DNA of 64,000 bases from an uncultured Gemmatimonadales bacterium (GCA_963783305.1 CAWAMW010000015.1:320001-384000), one strand, 5' to 3'. Numbered from the stretch's first letter, positions 30,548-39,444 are shown. The notes: generated by a model not told the origin, from the letters alone. A program made the numbers and translations.

Positions 30548-31999
30548 CTAGTCACAGACCCGCGGCGCCTCGAACCGCTGCGGCCCAAGCGAACCTCTGA
30601 GCCCCACGACGTTCCCGGCCGCGTCCCGCTGGAATCGGATGTGGACGCCGGGGACCACCCGGACGGTGAACGCATCTCGCCCTGTGGCGAACAGCTCCGC
30701 CTCGCCCTCGCCCGGCATGAAGACGAACGGACGGCCCGCCCACTCGAAGATGCGGATCACCGCCCCCGGCGCCAGCGCGTACTCGCCATAGTAGTCGGCC
30801 AGGACGGTGTCGGAGAGCTCGATCACGGCCGGCCAGTCGTAGGGCGGTGCCTGGCTCTCGAACGCCACGGGCGACAGGGGCGACAGCTCGGGGTCCGGCT
30901 CCGGCGGCCCGCGCATCGCCCCGGCGATCCCGGCGGCGATGGTCCAGGCGTCGCGCCCGCTGATGGGGCGGCTGTTGTCGGTGTCGCCCCGGTGCACGAC
31001 GACCAGGTCGAGCTCCGGCACGACGGCCACGAGCTGCCCGCCCGTCCCGCTGCCCGCGTAGATGCGGTAGGGGGCGAGGGGTGCGTAGCGGTCGGCGGTG
31101 AGGGAGCCGGGATCGTAGGTCCACCACATGAGGGCGTAGCCGCGGCCGTCGCCGAAGTCGGAGACGGGCCGGGTGCTGCCGGCCACCCAGTCGGCGGGGA
31201 CCACCTGCTCGCCGGCCCAGCGGCCCTCCTGGAGGTAGAGCTGGCCGAAACGGGCGAGGTCGCGGGCGGACATGCGGATGGTGTGGGCGGGATGGTCCGA
31301 GAGGGACGGCTCCCAGACGCGCGTGCCGTCCTCCGGCCTCCAGTCCTCCATGCCCAGCGGCCGAGCGATCCGCGCGGCGAACGAGTCGTAGAGGTCCTCC
31401 CCCGTCTCCCGCTCGTAGATGACCCCGGCCACGTTGAAGTCCCAGTTGTTGTAGAACCAGTGGCTGCCAGGGTCGTGGGCGCCCCGGTCCGGCCGCACCT
31501 CGTCCTGGTCGGACGGCGCGTACGCCGCGCCCAGGTAGACACCCGACCGGGCGGCCAGGAGGTCCCGTACCCGGGCACCCTTCTCCGAGCTGGTGAGGGG
31601 AGTGGCGTCGTCGATGCCGAGCTCCGCCAGCGTCGCGTCCAGATCCACCGCGCCCCGCGCAACGGCCGTTCCGTACAGCCCGCTCACCAGGCTCTTCCGC
31701 ACCGAATGCAGCTCCAGCTCCCGGGCCACGTCACCCCAGGCGGCGATGACGTGGCCGCGGTAGACGGCGACCACGGCGCCGGACTGCACGCTGTCGGCGT
31801 AGCCACGGACGCTGTCCAGCGCCGCTGCCGAGAACCCCGCCTCCCCGGGCGACGCGTACTGGAGCCACCGGCCCTCCTCCGCGGACGACGTGTACGTGGG
31901 TCCGGCCCCTCGCGGGGCGTCGGGCGTCGGAGCCGCCATCCCGCCGCAGCCGGCAAGGAGAGCGGAGACGAGACAGAGCTCGAGCACGCGTGTGTTCAT
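30548..31999 (-). CDS. Serine hydrolase (beta-lactamase-like) lipoprotein
   Basis: Lipobox LLAGC; SxxK (SVRKS), YNNWDFN, MSARDLARFGQLYL. Confidence 0.9.
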   Translation of the reverse strand: MNTRVLELCLVSALLAGCGGMAAPTPDAPRGAGPTYTSSAEEGRWLQYASPGEAGFSAAALDSVRGYADSVQSGAVVAVYRGHVIAAWGDVARELELHSVRKSLVSGLYGTAVARGAVDLDATLAELGIDDATPLTSSEKGARVRDLLAARSGVYLGAAYAPSDQDEVRPDRGAHDPGSHWFYNNWDFNVAGVIYERETGEDLYDSFAARIARPLGMEDWRPEDGTRVWEPSLSDHPAHTIRMSARDLARFGQLYLQEGRWAGEQVVPADWVAGSTRPVSDFGDGRGYALMWWTYDPGSLTADRYAPLAPYRIYAGSGTGGQLVAVVPELDLVVVHRGDTDNSRPISGRDAWTIAAGIAGAMRGPPEPDPELSPLSPVAFESQAPPYDWPAVIELSDTVLADYYGEYALAPGAVIRIFEWAGRPFVFMPGEGEAELFATGRDAFTVRVVPGVHIRFQRDAAGNVVGLRGSLGPQRFEAPRVCD

Positions 32000-32079
32000 G
32001 GTGGGTTCCGTTGAGGTGGGTCTCACGACGCGAGCGCGGGGGTCTCACGCCAGCGCATTGATATCCTGATTCTCGAGGA

Positions 32080-32224
32080 TGCGCTCGCCGAGACACCCAG
32101 GCAGAAGAAGCACGCGTCCACCTCGGCGAGGTCGGACGTCAAGTCCCGGAACTGCGTCCGCAACGCACTCGTGAAGCACGCCGTCGCCGGCCATCCCGGT
32201 TGCACCGAGAATCAGGACCTTCAT
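32080..32224 (-). pseudogene. NAD-dependent epimerase remnant with internal deletion
   Basis: MKVLILGATGMAGDGVLHEC joined out of frame to DLAEVDACFFCLGVS; the rest is missing. Confidence 0.75.
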
Positions 32225-32304
32225 TGTGGACTCATGAGGCGCTTTCGATACGGAGCGTTCGTACACGGTAGACGACTCGACGACTCCGATGGTTCAGGGC
32301 CGGG

Positions 32305-32895
32305 TCACGAGCCACTGTCTTCCTCTGGCACACCGCAGGGCAGCAGGTCGCATGGACTCAGATCGCGGCCCTCCCACCAGGTGTTCGGGTCCGTCACCGT
32401 ATGTACGGAGAAGTGCAGGTGGGGGGTGCCCGCGTTGCCTGTCTGGCCAACATAGGCGACCACATCTCCCTGGCGCACCAGGTCTCCTGCCTTCACGCCC
32501 GAGTGGTATCGCTGCAGGTGCCCATAGAAGTAGATGGTTCGTTGATCGAGATCGCGCTGGTAGAGTCCCAGTCCTCCCAGGGCGCTGGAATCGAGTGCGA
32601 CGATCACGCCCGCGGCGGCGGCGACCACGGGAGTTCCCTCCGGAGCGTGAATATCGAGGCCTTTGTGGGCACGTCCGCCGGAGCGCGACGCGCCATAGGT
32701 GTCGCTCAGCTCCGCGGCGCGAACACCCGCGACCGGAACGACAAGGCGACCCGAGGCCTCGGGTGACCGGAGTCCTTCACGCGCCGTGACCTCCACGACC
32801 AGCGCCTTGTCCGCCACCGCCATATAGACAATGAGTCCGAGGGCCACCGTCACCTCGGCGAGGACGAAGTACAGGAGGATCCGGTTCACAGGCAA
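32305..32895 (-). CDS. M23 family metallopeptidase
   Basis: HKGLDI (HxxxD), YGHL, GQTGNA and PHLHF motifs; N-terminal TM. Confidence 0.9.
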   Translation of the reverse strand: MPVNRILLYFVLAEVTVALGLIVYMAVADKALVVEVTAREGLRSPEASGRLVVPVAGVRAAELSDTYGASRSGGRAHKGLDIHAPEGTPVVAAAAGVIVALDSSALGGLGLYQRDLDQRTIYFYGHLQRYHSGVKAGDLVRQGDVVAYVGQTGNAGTPHLHFSVHTVTDPNTWWEGRDLSPCDLLPCGVPEEDSGS

Positions 32896-33057
32896 ACGCG
32901 CCCACCTCCCATCGGGACATCATGACAACCGTGCTTCGGAGGGCAGGCCAATGCAGAAAGCGACTCTGCCCCGGTCCATCATGCCGACCCGGAGCGCGGG
33001 CCGCCAGGCGAGTGCCGCCGGAGCCTCGCGGTCTACCCGGTCAGCAGCAATTCCTTG

Positions 33058-33253
33058 TCAGGTGGCCCCCGCCGCCGGGTCTCGTCCGGTGGATCCGAAC
33101 ACCTTGTCGATCAGGTAGAGAGGCAGGAGGCCGAGGCCAAAGGCGACGATGTCCATCGCGTCGAACCGTCCCGAGAAGAGTCCCTCCGGCCAGTAGATCT
33201 GAGCCACCTCCGTAGCGCTGCTGGCGATGAAGAGAATGGCAGCAGCCCGTTCC
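33058..33253 (-). pseudogene. 3' half of a split membrane-protein gene (5' half at 35006-35294)
   Basis: Continues ...TEVAQIYWPE as GLFSGRFDAMDIVAFGLGLLPLYLIDK...*; joining the halves gives an in-frame 414-bp ORF. Confidence 0.85.
33183..33253. repeat. 71-bp perfect direct repeat, copy 1
   Basis: Identical to 35006-35076. Confidence 0.95.
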
Positions 33254-33614
33254 CCTGCTACCAGCGTCCATGAAAGCGCCCGCCCACTAGACGGGCCGGC
33301 GCTGTCGATGAAGGGGCGTCGGTATGCGCCCCCGCCCCTTCTGCGTGCCCTCCTGTTGGGATCGTTCGGGAGCGACCTGCTGCTTCGGGGCCCGCATCAC
33401 CAGCGTGCGGGCCTGAGGGGCTGTAGCGCGGCGGCTCGACCTGTTGCGCGCACGCGACAGATTCCGCCGCCCGGCCGAGTCTTCCGGCACCGGCATAGCG
33501 GCCGTAACCCGTTGGGGCGCAATGGTGATGACGCATTACATGGCTACGCGGCCTCGTTCCTGTATCGAGGCTGTGTGAAGGAGAAAGATCCAATTCCGCA
33601 TGAGAGGTCGACAC

Positions 33615-34313
33615 ATGAGGGTTCGAAGCGCAGTCGCTGGTCTCGTTCTGCTGCTGGCGGCAGCACCGCTCGCGGCGCAGACGACATCGGTCAGCAACGT
33701 CCTGCATTCGGGTGTGGCGTTCAACGGCGTGTACGTGGGCTGGTACGAGGCGGACGTGCCGTACCTGGGCGGCCCCGGGACGGACGTCATCTGCGTGGAC
33801 TATACGCGGATCTCCAAGAACTACACGGCGTCGGTGACCGGCCTGGTGTCCGTGGCGGACGGGGGCGACTACAGCGAGACGCGGCAGGGTCCGCGGGGCG
33901 ACAAGACGATCCAGGGCACTACGTATAACCCGTTCGAGCGGTACTGGATGTCGGCTTGGCTCGCGACGAAGTTCCAGGGGATGTCAACTGGATCGGGCGG
34001 GGAGAACTGGGGAGTGCTGCACTACGCCATCTGGCGGACCGCGTCGGGTGACCCCCTGGCGACGATCGAGAGCGCGCTTCCCGGCTCGCTCTCCGGCGCG
34101 CAGGAAGGCGCGGTGGAAACGTGGATCACGGACGCGCGCATGGCGCTCGCGGGTGGCGACGACATCGGGCAGTGGGTGGTGCTCGGCGCGAACGGGCAGG
34201 ACGCGCAGGAGTACATGAGCCAGGTGCCGGAGCCGGCGGCCATGCTCCTCCTGCTCACGGGGCTCGGCGGCGTGATCGGCGCGGGCGCGGTGAGGCGGCG
34301 CCGCACTCCCTAA
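33615..34313 (+). CDS. PEP-CTERM sorting domain protein
   Basis: Signal peptide; C-terminal VPEPAAMLLLLTGLGGVIGAGAVRRRR. Confidence 0.92.
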   Translation: MRVRSAVAGLVLLLAAAPLAAQTTSVSNVLHSGVAFNGVYVGWYEADVPYLGGPGTDVICVDYTRISKNYTASVTGLVSVADGGDYSETRQGPRGDKTIQGTTYNPFERYWMSAWLATKFQGMSTGSGGENWGVLHYAIWRTASGDPLATIESALPGSLSGAQEGAVETWITDARMALAGGDDIGQWVVLGANGQDAQEYMSQVPEPAAMLLLLTGLGGVIGAGAVRRRRTP

Positions 34314-34345
34314 CGCTGTCGGCACCTCTCGACCACCCTCATGTT

Positions 34346-34384
34346 GGAACGGCGGGACCGCACCTCGGGTCCCGCCGTTCCTTT
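34346..34384 (+). terminator. Intrinsic terminator
   Basis: GGAACGGCGGGACC...GGTCCCGCCGTTCC followed by TTT. Confidence 0.75.
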
Positions 34385-34430
34385 GGGCTCCATGCCCGCA
34401 CTCGAACCGGAATCCAGTCGAAGACGAACG

Positions 34431-34925
34431 ATGCCGAATCCCCTGAAGCGACTCACCGGCCCCGCCTACTTCATCCTGTGCCTCCTCTTCGTGTACCCGC
34501 TGGTGGACTGGGCGACGAACGTCTGGCCGATGAGCCCGAGCGCGTTCCAGTGGCGCTACGGCAGCATCGCGCTCCTCTCCGGATTCCTCCTGACGCCGAT
34601 GATCGGACTGCTTCTGCTGGAGGGCCTGGCCGTGGCGGCCGGCCACTTCCGGGTCGCGCGGGCCGGCGCGGTCGTGGCCGCGATCCTGGGCGTGGCACTC
34701 CTGCTGGCATGTGCCCTCTTCGGCCTTGACGCGATGCAGGTACGGGCGACGGTGCCGGCCGCGTCCATGGGCGCGTTCCAGATGGGGGCCGGACGCGCGC
34801 TCTTCAAGAACGCGCTCATGGGAGTGGGCTTCCTCTGGTTGGGCTGGGCCGGCTGGCGGGTCGCCGGGGATGCGGCGGCTGCGGCCGCCGCGAGGCGACC
34901 GGCGGGCGTGCTGACCCGGCCCTGA
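34431..34925 (+). CDS. Four-TM hypothetical membrane protein
   Basis: Start MPNPLKR; four hydrophobic helices; WRYG motif. Confidence 0.75.
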   Translation: MPNPLKRLTGPAYFILCLLFVYPLVDWATNVWPMSPSAFQWRYGSIALLSGFLLTPMIGLLLLEGLAVAAGHFRVARAGAVVAAILGVALLLACALFGLDAMQVRATVPAASMGAFQMGAGRALFKNALMGVGFLWLGWAGWRVAGDAAAAAAARRPAGVLTRP

Positions 34926-34934
34926 CGCACGGCG

Positions 34935-35294
34935 TCAGCCGCCGGAGTCCCCGCCGGCGAAGTCGAGGGATAACAAATCCGATAGTGCGGCGCCCGGAAA
35001 CGGCGCCTCCGGCCAGTAGATCTGAGCCACCTCCGTAGCGCTGCTGGCGATGAAGAGAATGGCAGCAGCCCGTTCCGGGGTCGCCCCCAGAAAGGCGTTC
35101 ACGCGATTCCGTTGCCGACGGCCGGGGAGACCTCGGAGCGTGATGTACAGCCAGGCAGGCACGACCAGATCGGCCAGGTGATTCGTTCCAAAGCCAGCGG
35201 CCGTCCCGGTCATGTTGAGAGCCGCAGCAACCACGAAGCCGGCCGCCAGAACCCAGTAGAGCACACGCCACACGGTCGAGACCGACACGGACAC
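34935..35294 (-). pseudogene. 5' half of the split membrane-protein gene, with a substituted C-terminal tail
   Basis: Native frame stops matching at 35006, the edge of the direct repeat. Confidence 0.8.
35006..35076. repeat. 71-bp perfect direct repeat, copy 2
   Basis: Identical to 33183-33253. Confidence 0.95.
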
Positions 35295-35330
35295 CCCTCC
35301 CGGATTTTGAAAAGAGGCCCGACCCCACGC

Positions 35331-35765
35331 TCACACGATGAACGGGATCAGAGCTTTCGTGGCTCCGACGTAGTCTCCGTAGTCCGCGTACTGTTCACGA
35401 AGAAGGCCCTCCTCCACAACGATGCGAACAATGGCAAACGCCGTCACAACAACCCCAACCACCACCGACCACACGGAGAGATGCGTGACGATCCCCGTCC
35501 AAATGAGAATGAGGGCAGCCGAGTACATCGGGTGCCGGACGTATCGATAGGGCCCCTGTCGGATCAAGCCGTCTCCGCTGGGGATCGCGGCCGTGCGAAA
35601 TGCCCCCCGAGGAAACGAACGACGGGCCCACACGGAGAGACCCACCACCAGGGCCTGGATTGCCAGAGGCAGGGGTGACAGGGAGAACAGGTTGCCCGAA
35701 AGACCCAGCGCCAGCAACGATACGACGACAACGGCGAGCGACATCCTGGAGATGATCTTTAGCAT
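35331..35765 (-). CDS. Isoprenylcysteine carboxylmethyltransferase/PEMT family protein (cassette gene)
   Basis: LIRQGPYRYVRHPMYS and EEGLLREQY...Y...IPF motifs. Confidence 0.88.
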   Translation of the reverse strand: MLKIISRMSLAVVVVSLLALGLSGNLFSLSPLPLAIQALVVGLSVWARRSFPRGAFRTAAIPSGDGLIRQGPYRYVRHPMYSAALILIWTGIVTHLSVWSVVVGVVVTAFAIVRIVVEEGLLREQYADYGDYVGATKALIPFIV

Positions 35766-35794
35766 GACGTGCTCCGGGCCTGTATGGGAACGCT

Positions 35795-35915
35795 TCCTAA
35801 CGCACTGGAATTAAGCTGCGGCCCTCCCAAGCGAAGGTACTTCCGCCCTTCTTTACCTCTCCAGGCGTGTGTACGCCAGCCTTACCTGCCGACAGCATCA
35901 ACTCCTCGGCATGCA
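35795..35915 (-). other. attC site, long type, degenerate R''
   Basis: R' GTTAGGA intact; arms resemble 37650-37769; R'' core mutated. Confidence 0.6.
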
Positions 35916-35952
35916 CACTGTGGCAGAACCCTCTCAGAATGGAGCAGGCTCC

Positions 35953-36291
35953 ATGAGTAAGCCGACCGGAACCAGTGAGATCGAGTTCAACCGGCAGAAC
36001 GAGCAAGCCGTTCGAGCGGCTCGCGAAGCCGATCAGGTAGAGCCGCGAGCCACGTCTGTGACCTACGGTCCTGACCAGGCCCTTGTTCTCGCTCATCTCC
36101 GGAGCGGTTTCGCTTTCGGCTTTCCACCCGAGCGGATCCCAGGTCTCGGAAAAGCAACCAGGAAGCAGCTCTCGAACGTCCGCATCGCTCCGAGTGGCGA
36201 CGGCCTCCATTGGGACGACAACGGCGTCGATGCGTCCCTTCAATCTCCCGCAACGCAGAGTCCACACGCCCGCTGGTTCATTTCCGCCTGA
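35953..36291 (+). pseudogene. DUF2442 family protein, probably C-terminally truncated
   Basis: GLGKATRKQLSNVRIAPSGDGLHWDDNGVDASL; tail overlaps an opposite-strand fragment. Confidence 0.65.
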
Positions 36292-36575
36292 GTCGTCGGA
36301 ACGCCCTCGGGATACAGATGGGGATCCAAGACCTTCGCCGATGACGCTAGGAAGCGCGAGGCCGCGGTCAGCCACCGCGACACGCTGGCGGGCTCAAGTA
36401 ACAGATCGGCGGCGGCTTCATGCGCGATGATGTTCCGCGTTTCGTACAGGGAACGGAGGCCTTCCATATCCCCCGAAGAGTCGAACCGAACCCGACCGTC
36501 CTTGATTAGGCGGTCGGCTCGTCCAAGAAACGGTTCGCCAGAGTCAAGCAACTCGCGAAGGACGATGATGCAGGG
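36240..36575 (-). pseudogene. Internal fragment of a HEPN-like gene
   Basis: RNIIAH (Rx4H) motif in a helical context; no good start. Confidence 0.5.
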
Positions 36576-36764
36576 TCAAAGCCCTTTTTGCTTCCAAACC
36601 GCGAGGGCTACCGCGACTCCGATCGCAGGACCTAGCGCAAGGCCAAGAGCCGTGTTCCCGAATGAGGCACCCAGAGCCACACCGACACCCGCACCAAGAG
36701 CCAAGCCAAGCGCAATGCAATAGTTGCGTCCTCTTTTCTCGCGATCCTCATTCGACATATACAT
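36576..36764 (-). CDS. Small glycine-zipper-like membrane protein (cassette gene)
   Basis: GLALGAGVGVALG...GLALGPAIGVAVA; begins just inside an attC R' with a GGGAGA RBS. Confidence 0.65.
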   Translation of the reverse strand: MYMSNEDREKRGRNYCIALGLALGAGVGVALGASFGNTALGLALGPAIGVAVALAVWKQKGL

Positions 36765-36792
36765 TCTCCCAAAGAGATCGACATATCCTGCC

Positions 36793-36858
36793 GCCTAACG
36801 CGCTGGGCGTAAGCTGCGGCGCGCGAAGGGCGCTGACAGGTTCACGCCCTCGTTATGA
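36793..36858 (-). other. attC site, 66 bp
   Basis: Minus strand TCATAAC...GTTAGGC with imperfect palindromic arms; near-identical to 38590-38655. Confidence 0.88.
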
Positions 36859-36954
36859 CTCTCTGCTGTTCCTTTGAATTGCGGTCAGGTAGAGCGATAC
36901 GACCGACAGCCAGAGTTCCCCACCGACCAGTCGCCTCGACCCGTGCGCTCGTGC

Positions 36955-36993
36955 TTGACCAGAGGCATCGGCGTGATTACGTTTGTTATAACA
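36955..36993 (+). promoter_or_regulatory. Sigma70-type promoter and palindromic operator of the antitoxin-doc operon
   Basis: TTGACC-N17-TACGTT, then palindrome TGTTATAACA and AGGAGG RBS. Confidence 0.65.
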
Positions 36994-37003
36994 GGAGGCT
37001 GCC

Positions 37004-37231
37004 ATGTCCAAGGAAACTAAGATCCGCGCCATCGGGAACTCCGCTGGCACTACCATTCCAAAAGCTATGCTCGAACGGTACCGCATGGCCGAGGGAGACC
37101 GCATCCACCTCGTGGAGATGGACGACGGGATCCTCATCACTCCGTTCGATCCCGCCTTCGCGGAAGCCATGGCCCTCTATGACGAGGGTGCGAAGCAGTA
37201 CCGCAATGCCATGCGTGAGCTCGCCGAGTGA
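37004..37231 (+). CDS. AbrB/MazE-type antitoxin
   Basis: KIRAIGNSAGTTIPK swapped-hairpin motif; overlaps the toxin start. Confidence 0.9.
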   Translation: MSKETKIRAIGNSAGTTIPKAMLERYRMAEGDRIHLVEMDDGILITPFDPAFAEAMALYDEGAKQYRNAMRELAE

Positions 37232-37617
37232 AGGAGCCAAGGTGGCTCAACGCCACCATGGTCCGGGCGCTCCACACAAGTCAGGTCCAGGAGCATGGCG
37301 GAGCTTTGGGTCTGAGAGATGAAGGACTCCTCGAGTCAGCGGTGGACCGACCGCGAAATCAGTTTCAGTACGAACCCGGGACCGATCTAATTGAGCTCGC
37401 GGCGGCCTACGGGTTCGGTCTTGCTCGGAACCATCCCTTCGTCGATGGCAACAAGCGGGTCTCCTTCCAGGCGATGTACGTCTTCCTTGGATTGAACGGC
37501 CTGCGCATCGACGCGGAGGAACCGGAAGTGGTGCGCCTCATCCTCGACTTGGCCGCTGGCGACCTGCAAGAGCCTCAGGTAGCCGAGTGGCTTCGAGAAC
37601 ACACTACCGCCCGTTAG
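37228..37617 (+). CDS. doc: Death-on-curing (Fic/Doc) toxin
   Basis: GLRDEGLLESA and HPFVDGNKR. Confidence 0.93.
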   Translation: MKEPRWLNATMVRALHTSQVQEHGGALGLRDEGLLESAVDRPRNQFQYEPGTDLIELAAAYGFGLARNHPFVDGNKRVSFQAMYVFLGLNGLRIDAEEPEVVRLILDLAAGDLQEPQVAEWLREHTTAR

Positions 37618-37649
37618 ACGTGCCTTCCCCACCACCTTCTACTCCAGCG

Positions 37650-37769
37650 TCATGACGCACTGGAGATCAGCTGCGGCCCCTCCAAGTGCGGCGCCACAGC
37701 CCCGTCTGCACCCTTCGAACCGCATCTCCGCCAGACCCGCACGCCGCCAGCTTCATCTCCTCGTTGGAA
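37650..37769 (-). other. attC site, 120 bp, R' mutated GTT to GTC
   Basis: Minus strand TTCCAAC...GTCATGA; GGAGATCAGCTG and CAGCTTCATCTCC arms pair. Confidence 0.75.
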
Positions 37770-37794
37770 CGCATTCGCTTCCTCTACACAGCTA

Positions 37795-37823
37795 TTGACC
37801 TACCGTAGGGGCATGCGTATCGT
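37795..37823 (+). promoter_or_regulatory. Sigma70-type promoter of the PIN TA operon
   Basis: TTGACC-N17-TATCGT. Confidence 0.6.
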
Positions 37824-37853
37824 TCTGTAGCGGCAATGCGCACTGGAGGCCTC

Positions 37854-38096
37854 ATGCCCAAAAAACGACTCAACATCACGCTAGATCACGAGACTGCTGA
37901 ACGCGCCCGACGCTACACCAAGCGTCACAAGACCAGCATTTCCCGGCTCGTTGGCGAGTTCCTATCTAAACTCCCTGACGACAAGGAGAAGGACTCAGAG
38001 CTGACTCCCACTGTTAAGCGCTTGCGCGGTATAGCCGACGGAGGTCCAGCCCGCGAGGAGTACCGCCGCCACCTTCTCGAAAAGTACGGCTCGTGA
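37854..38096 (+). CDS. DUF6364-like ribbon-helix-helix antitoxin
   Basis: KRLNITLD...A...SISRLV...YRRHLLEKY; GGAGG RBS. Confidence 0.82.
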   Translation: MPKKRLNITLDHETAERARRYTKRHKTSISRLVGEFLSKLPDDKEKDSELTPTVKRLRGIADGGPAREEYRRHLLEKYGS

Positions 38097-38500
38097 AGCT
38101 ACTCCTGGACATCAACATCATCCTCGACGTGCTGCTCGATCGCGAGCCGTGGAGTGATGCAGCGTCGCGCCTGCTCTCTGCCATCGAGTCCAACAAGGCA
38201 GAAGGCTTCGTAGCTCCTCATACCCTTCCGACCATCTACTACGTCATCGCTCAGAGCCAGGATCGGAAGATCGCCAGGACCGCGGCGACTGATCTCCTTC
38301 GCATCCTCGACGTGGTCCCGATCACCAGGGCCGACTTTCAGCGAGCGCTCGAGTTATCCATGAGCGACTACGAGGACGCAGTACAGGCGGCCGCTGCTCT
38401 CACGATCGGTGCTGACTACCTCGTAACACGCAACGAAAAAGACTTCCGAGCGGCTCCCGTTCCCACAGCCGACGCCCCCACGGTCCTGGCTCTCCTCTAG
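38093..38500 (+). CDS. PIN domain (VapC-like) toxin
   Basis: LLDINIILDVLLDREP, DYEDAVQ, VTRNEKDF. Confidence 0.9.
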   Translation: MKLLLDINIILDVLLDREPWSDAASRLLSAIESNKAEGFVAPHTLPTIYYVIAQSQDRKIARTAATDLLRILDVVPITRADFQRALELSMSDYEDAVQAAAALTIGADYLVTRNEKDFRAAPVPTADAPTVLALL

Positions 38501-38589
38501 ACTCATCCTTCAGCGCTACGACGAGAGCTGGCCGCCACTTCCTGAGATATCCCACAGTTCTACAGCACGGCCGTCGCTCATTTCATGCG

Positions 38590-38655
38590 TTCTAACGCAC
38601 TGGGCGTAACCTGCGGCGCGCGAAGCGCGCTGACAGGTTCACGCCCTCGTTAGAA
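38590..38655 (-). other. attC site, 66 bp
   Basis: TTCTAAC...GTTAGAA with palindromic arms and a GCGCGAAGCGC apex. Confidence 0.9.
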
Positions 38656-38669
38656 CGCGGGCCTGCTAC

Positions 38670-39002
38670 CTATGCCGATTCCCGTTCTGCCTTTGACCGC
38701 CGATGCCGATACCGCGGGATCTGCTTGATTTCCTTCTGCTCTTGCTGCTGAGCATGGTACAGATCCCACCGCATCTGACCATTCAGCCAGAACCCACTCG
38801 TCGTTCCAAAGAATTGCGCGAGCCGTAGCGCTGTGCTCGGCGTGACTCCTCGGCGCTCGTTTACGATCTCATTCACGCGCTGATACGGAACTCCGATCGC
38901 ATCCGCCAGTTCGCGCTGAGTGAGCTCCATCGGCTTCAGGAACTCCTCGAGAAGCATCTCTCCAGGGTGGGTAGGGGCTCGGTCCGTGGGTACGCGTACC
39001 AT
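38670..39002 (-). CDS. higA: HigA family antitoxin
   Basis: HPGEMLLEEFL, XRE HTH, FWLNGQMRWDL. Confidence 0.93.
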   Translation of the reverse strand: MVRVPTDRAPTHPGEMLLEEFLKPMELTQRELADAIGVPYQRVNEIVNERRGVTPSTALRLAQFFGTTSGFWLNGQMRWDLYHAQQQEQKEIKQIPRYRHRRSKAERESA

Positions 39003-39010
39003 AGGTATCC

Positions 39011-39304
39011 TCAGTGATAATCCACTACTTCAACGTCGTCAGCCCCACGATCAGACCAGACGAAGCAGATCCGGTACTGATCGTTGATCCGAATACTGTG
39101 CTGTCCCGCCCGATCTCCTTTGAGACCCTCCAATCGGTTCCCCGGGGGGACCCGTAGGTCCTCCAGCGCCTCCGCTTGATCAATGGCGTCCAGCTTCCGA
39201 CGTCCTCTTCTCCAGAGTTCGCTCAGGAGCCGCTGCCGAACGGCCTTCGCGTCCACTCCGTTAAAGAGGTCTTCTGTCGCCTTGTCAGAGAACGATCTGA
39301 TCAC
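39011..39304 (-). CDS. higB: HigB (RelE/ParE family) toxin
   Basis: MIRSF...PPGNRLEGLKGDRAGQHSIRINDQYRICF...VDYH. Confidence 0.93.
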   Translation of the reverse strand: MIRSFSDKATEDLFNGVDAKAVRQRLLSELWRRGRRKLDAIDQAEALEDLRVPPGNRLEGLKGDRAGQHSIRINDQYRICFVWSDRGADDVEVVDYH

Positions 39305-39310
39305 AACAAC

Positions 39311-39339
39311 ATGATAACACGGATACCATGCTACTCCAA
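39311..39339 (-). promoter_or_regulatory. higBA promoter, probably leaderless
   Basis: TTGGAG-N17-TATCAT with an extended TG, 6 nt before the GTG start. Confidence 0.6.
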
Positions 39340-39369
39340 CGCTTCCATTTTCTGCGCTCTACTACCGCG

Positions 39370-39435
39370 CTCTAACGCCCTGGCGTTCACCTGCGGCGCG
39401 CGCAGCGCGCTGTCAGGTGCAACGCCTCGTTAGAC
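39370..39435 (-). other. attC site, 66 bp
   Basis: Minus strand GTCTAAC GAGGC GTTGCACCTG...CAGGTGAACGCC AGGGC GTTAGAG, 9 bp after the MBL gene stop. Confidence 0.9.
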
Positions 39436-39444
39436 AGCGCATCT

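Noticed and set aside
33254..35005. Insertion sequence or MITE
   Set aside because: No transposase and no terminal inverted repeats seen; reported instead as an unexplained insert.
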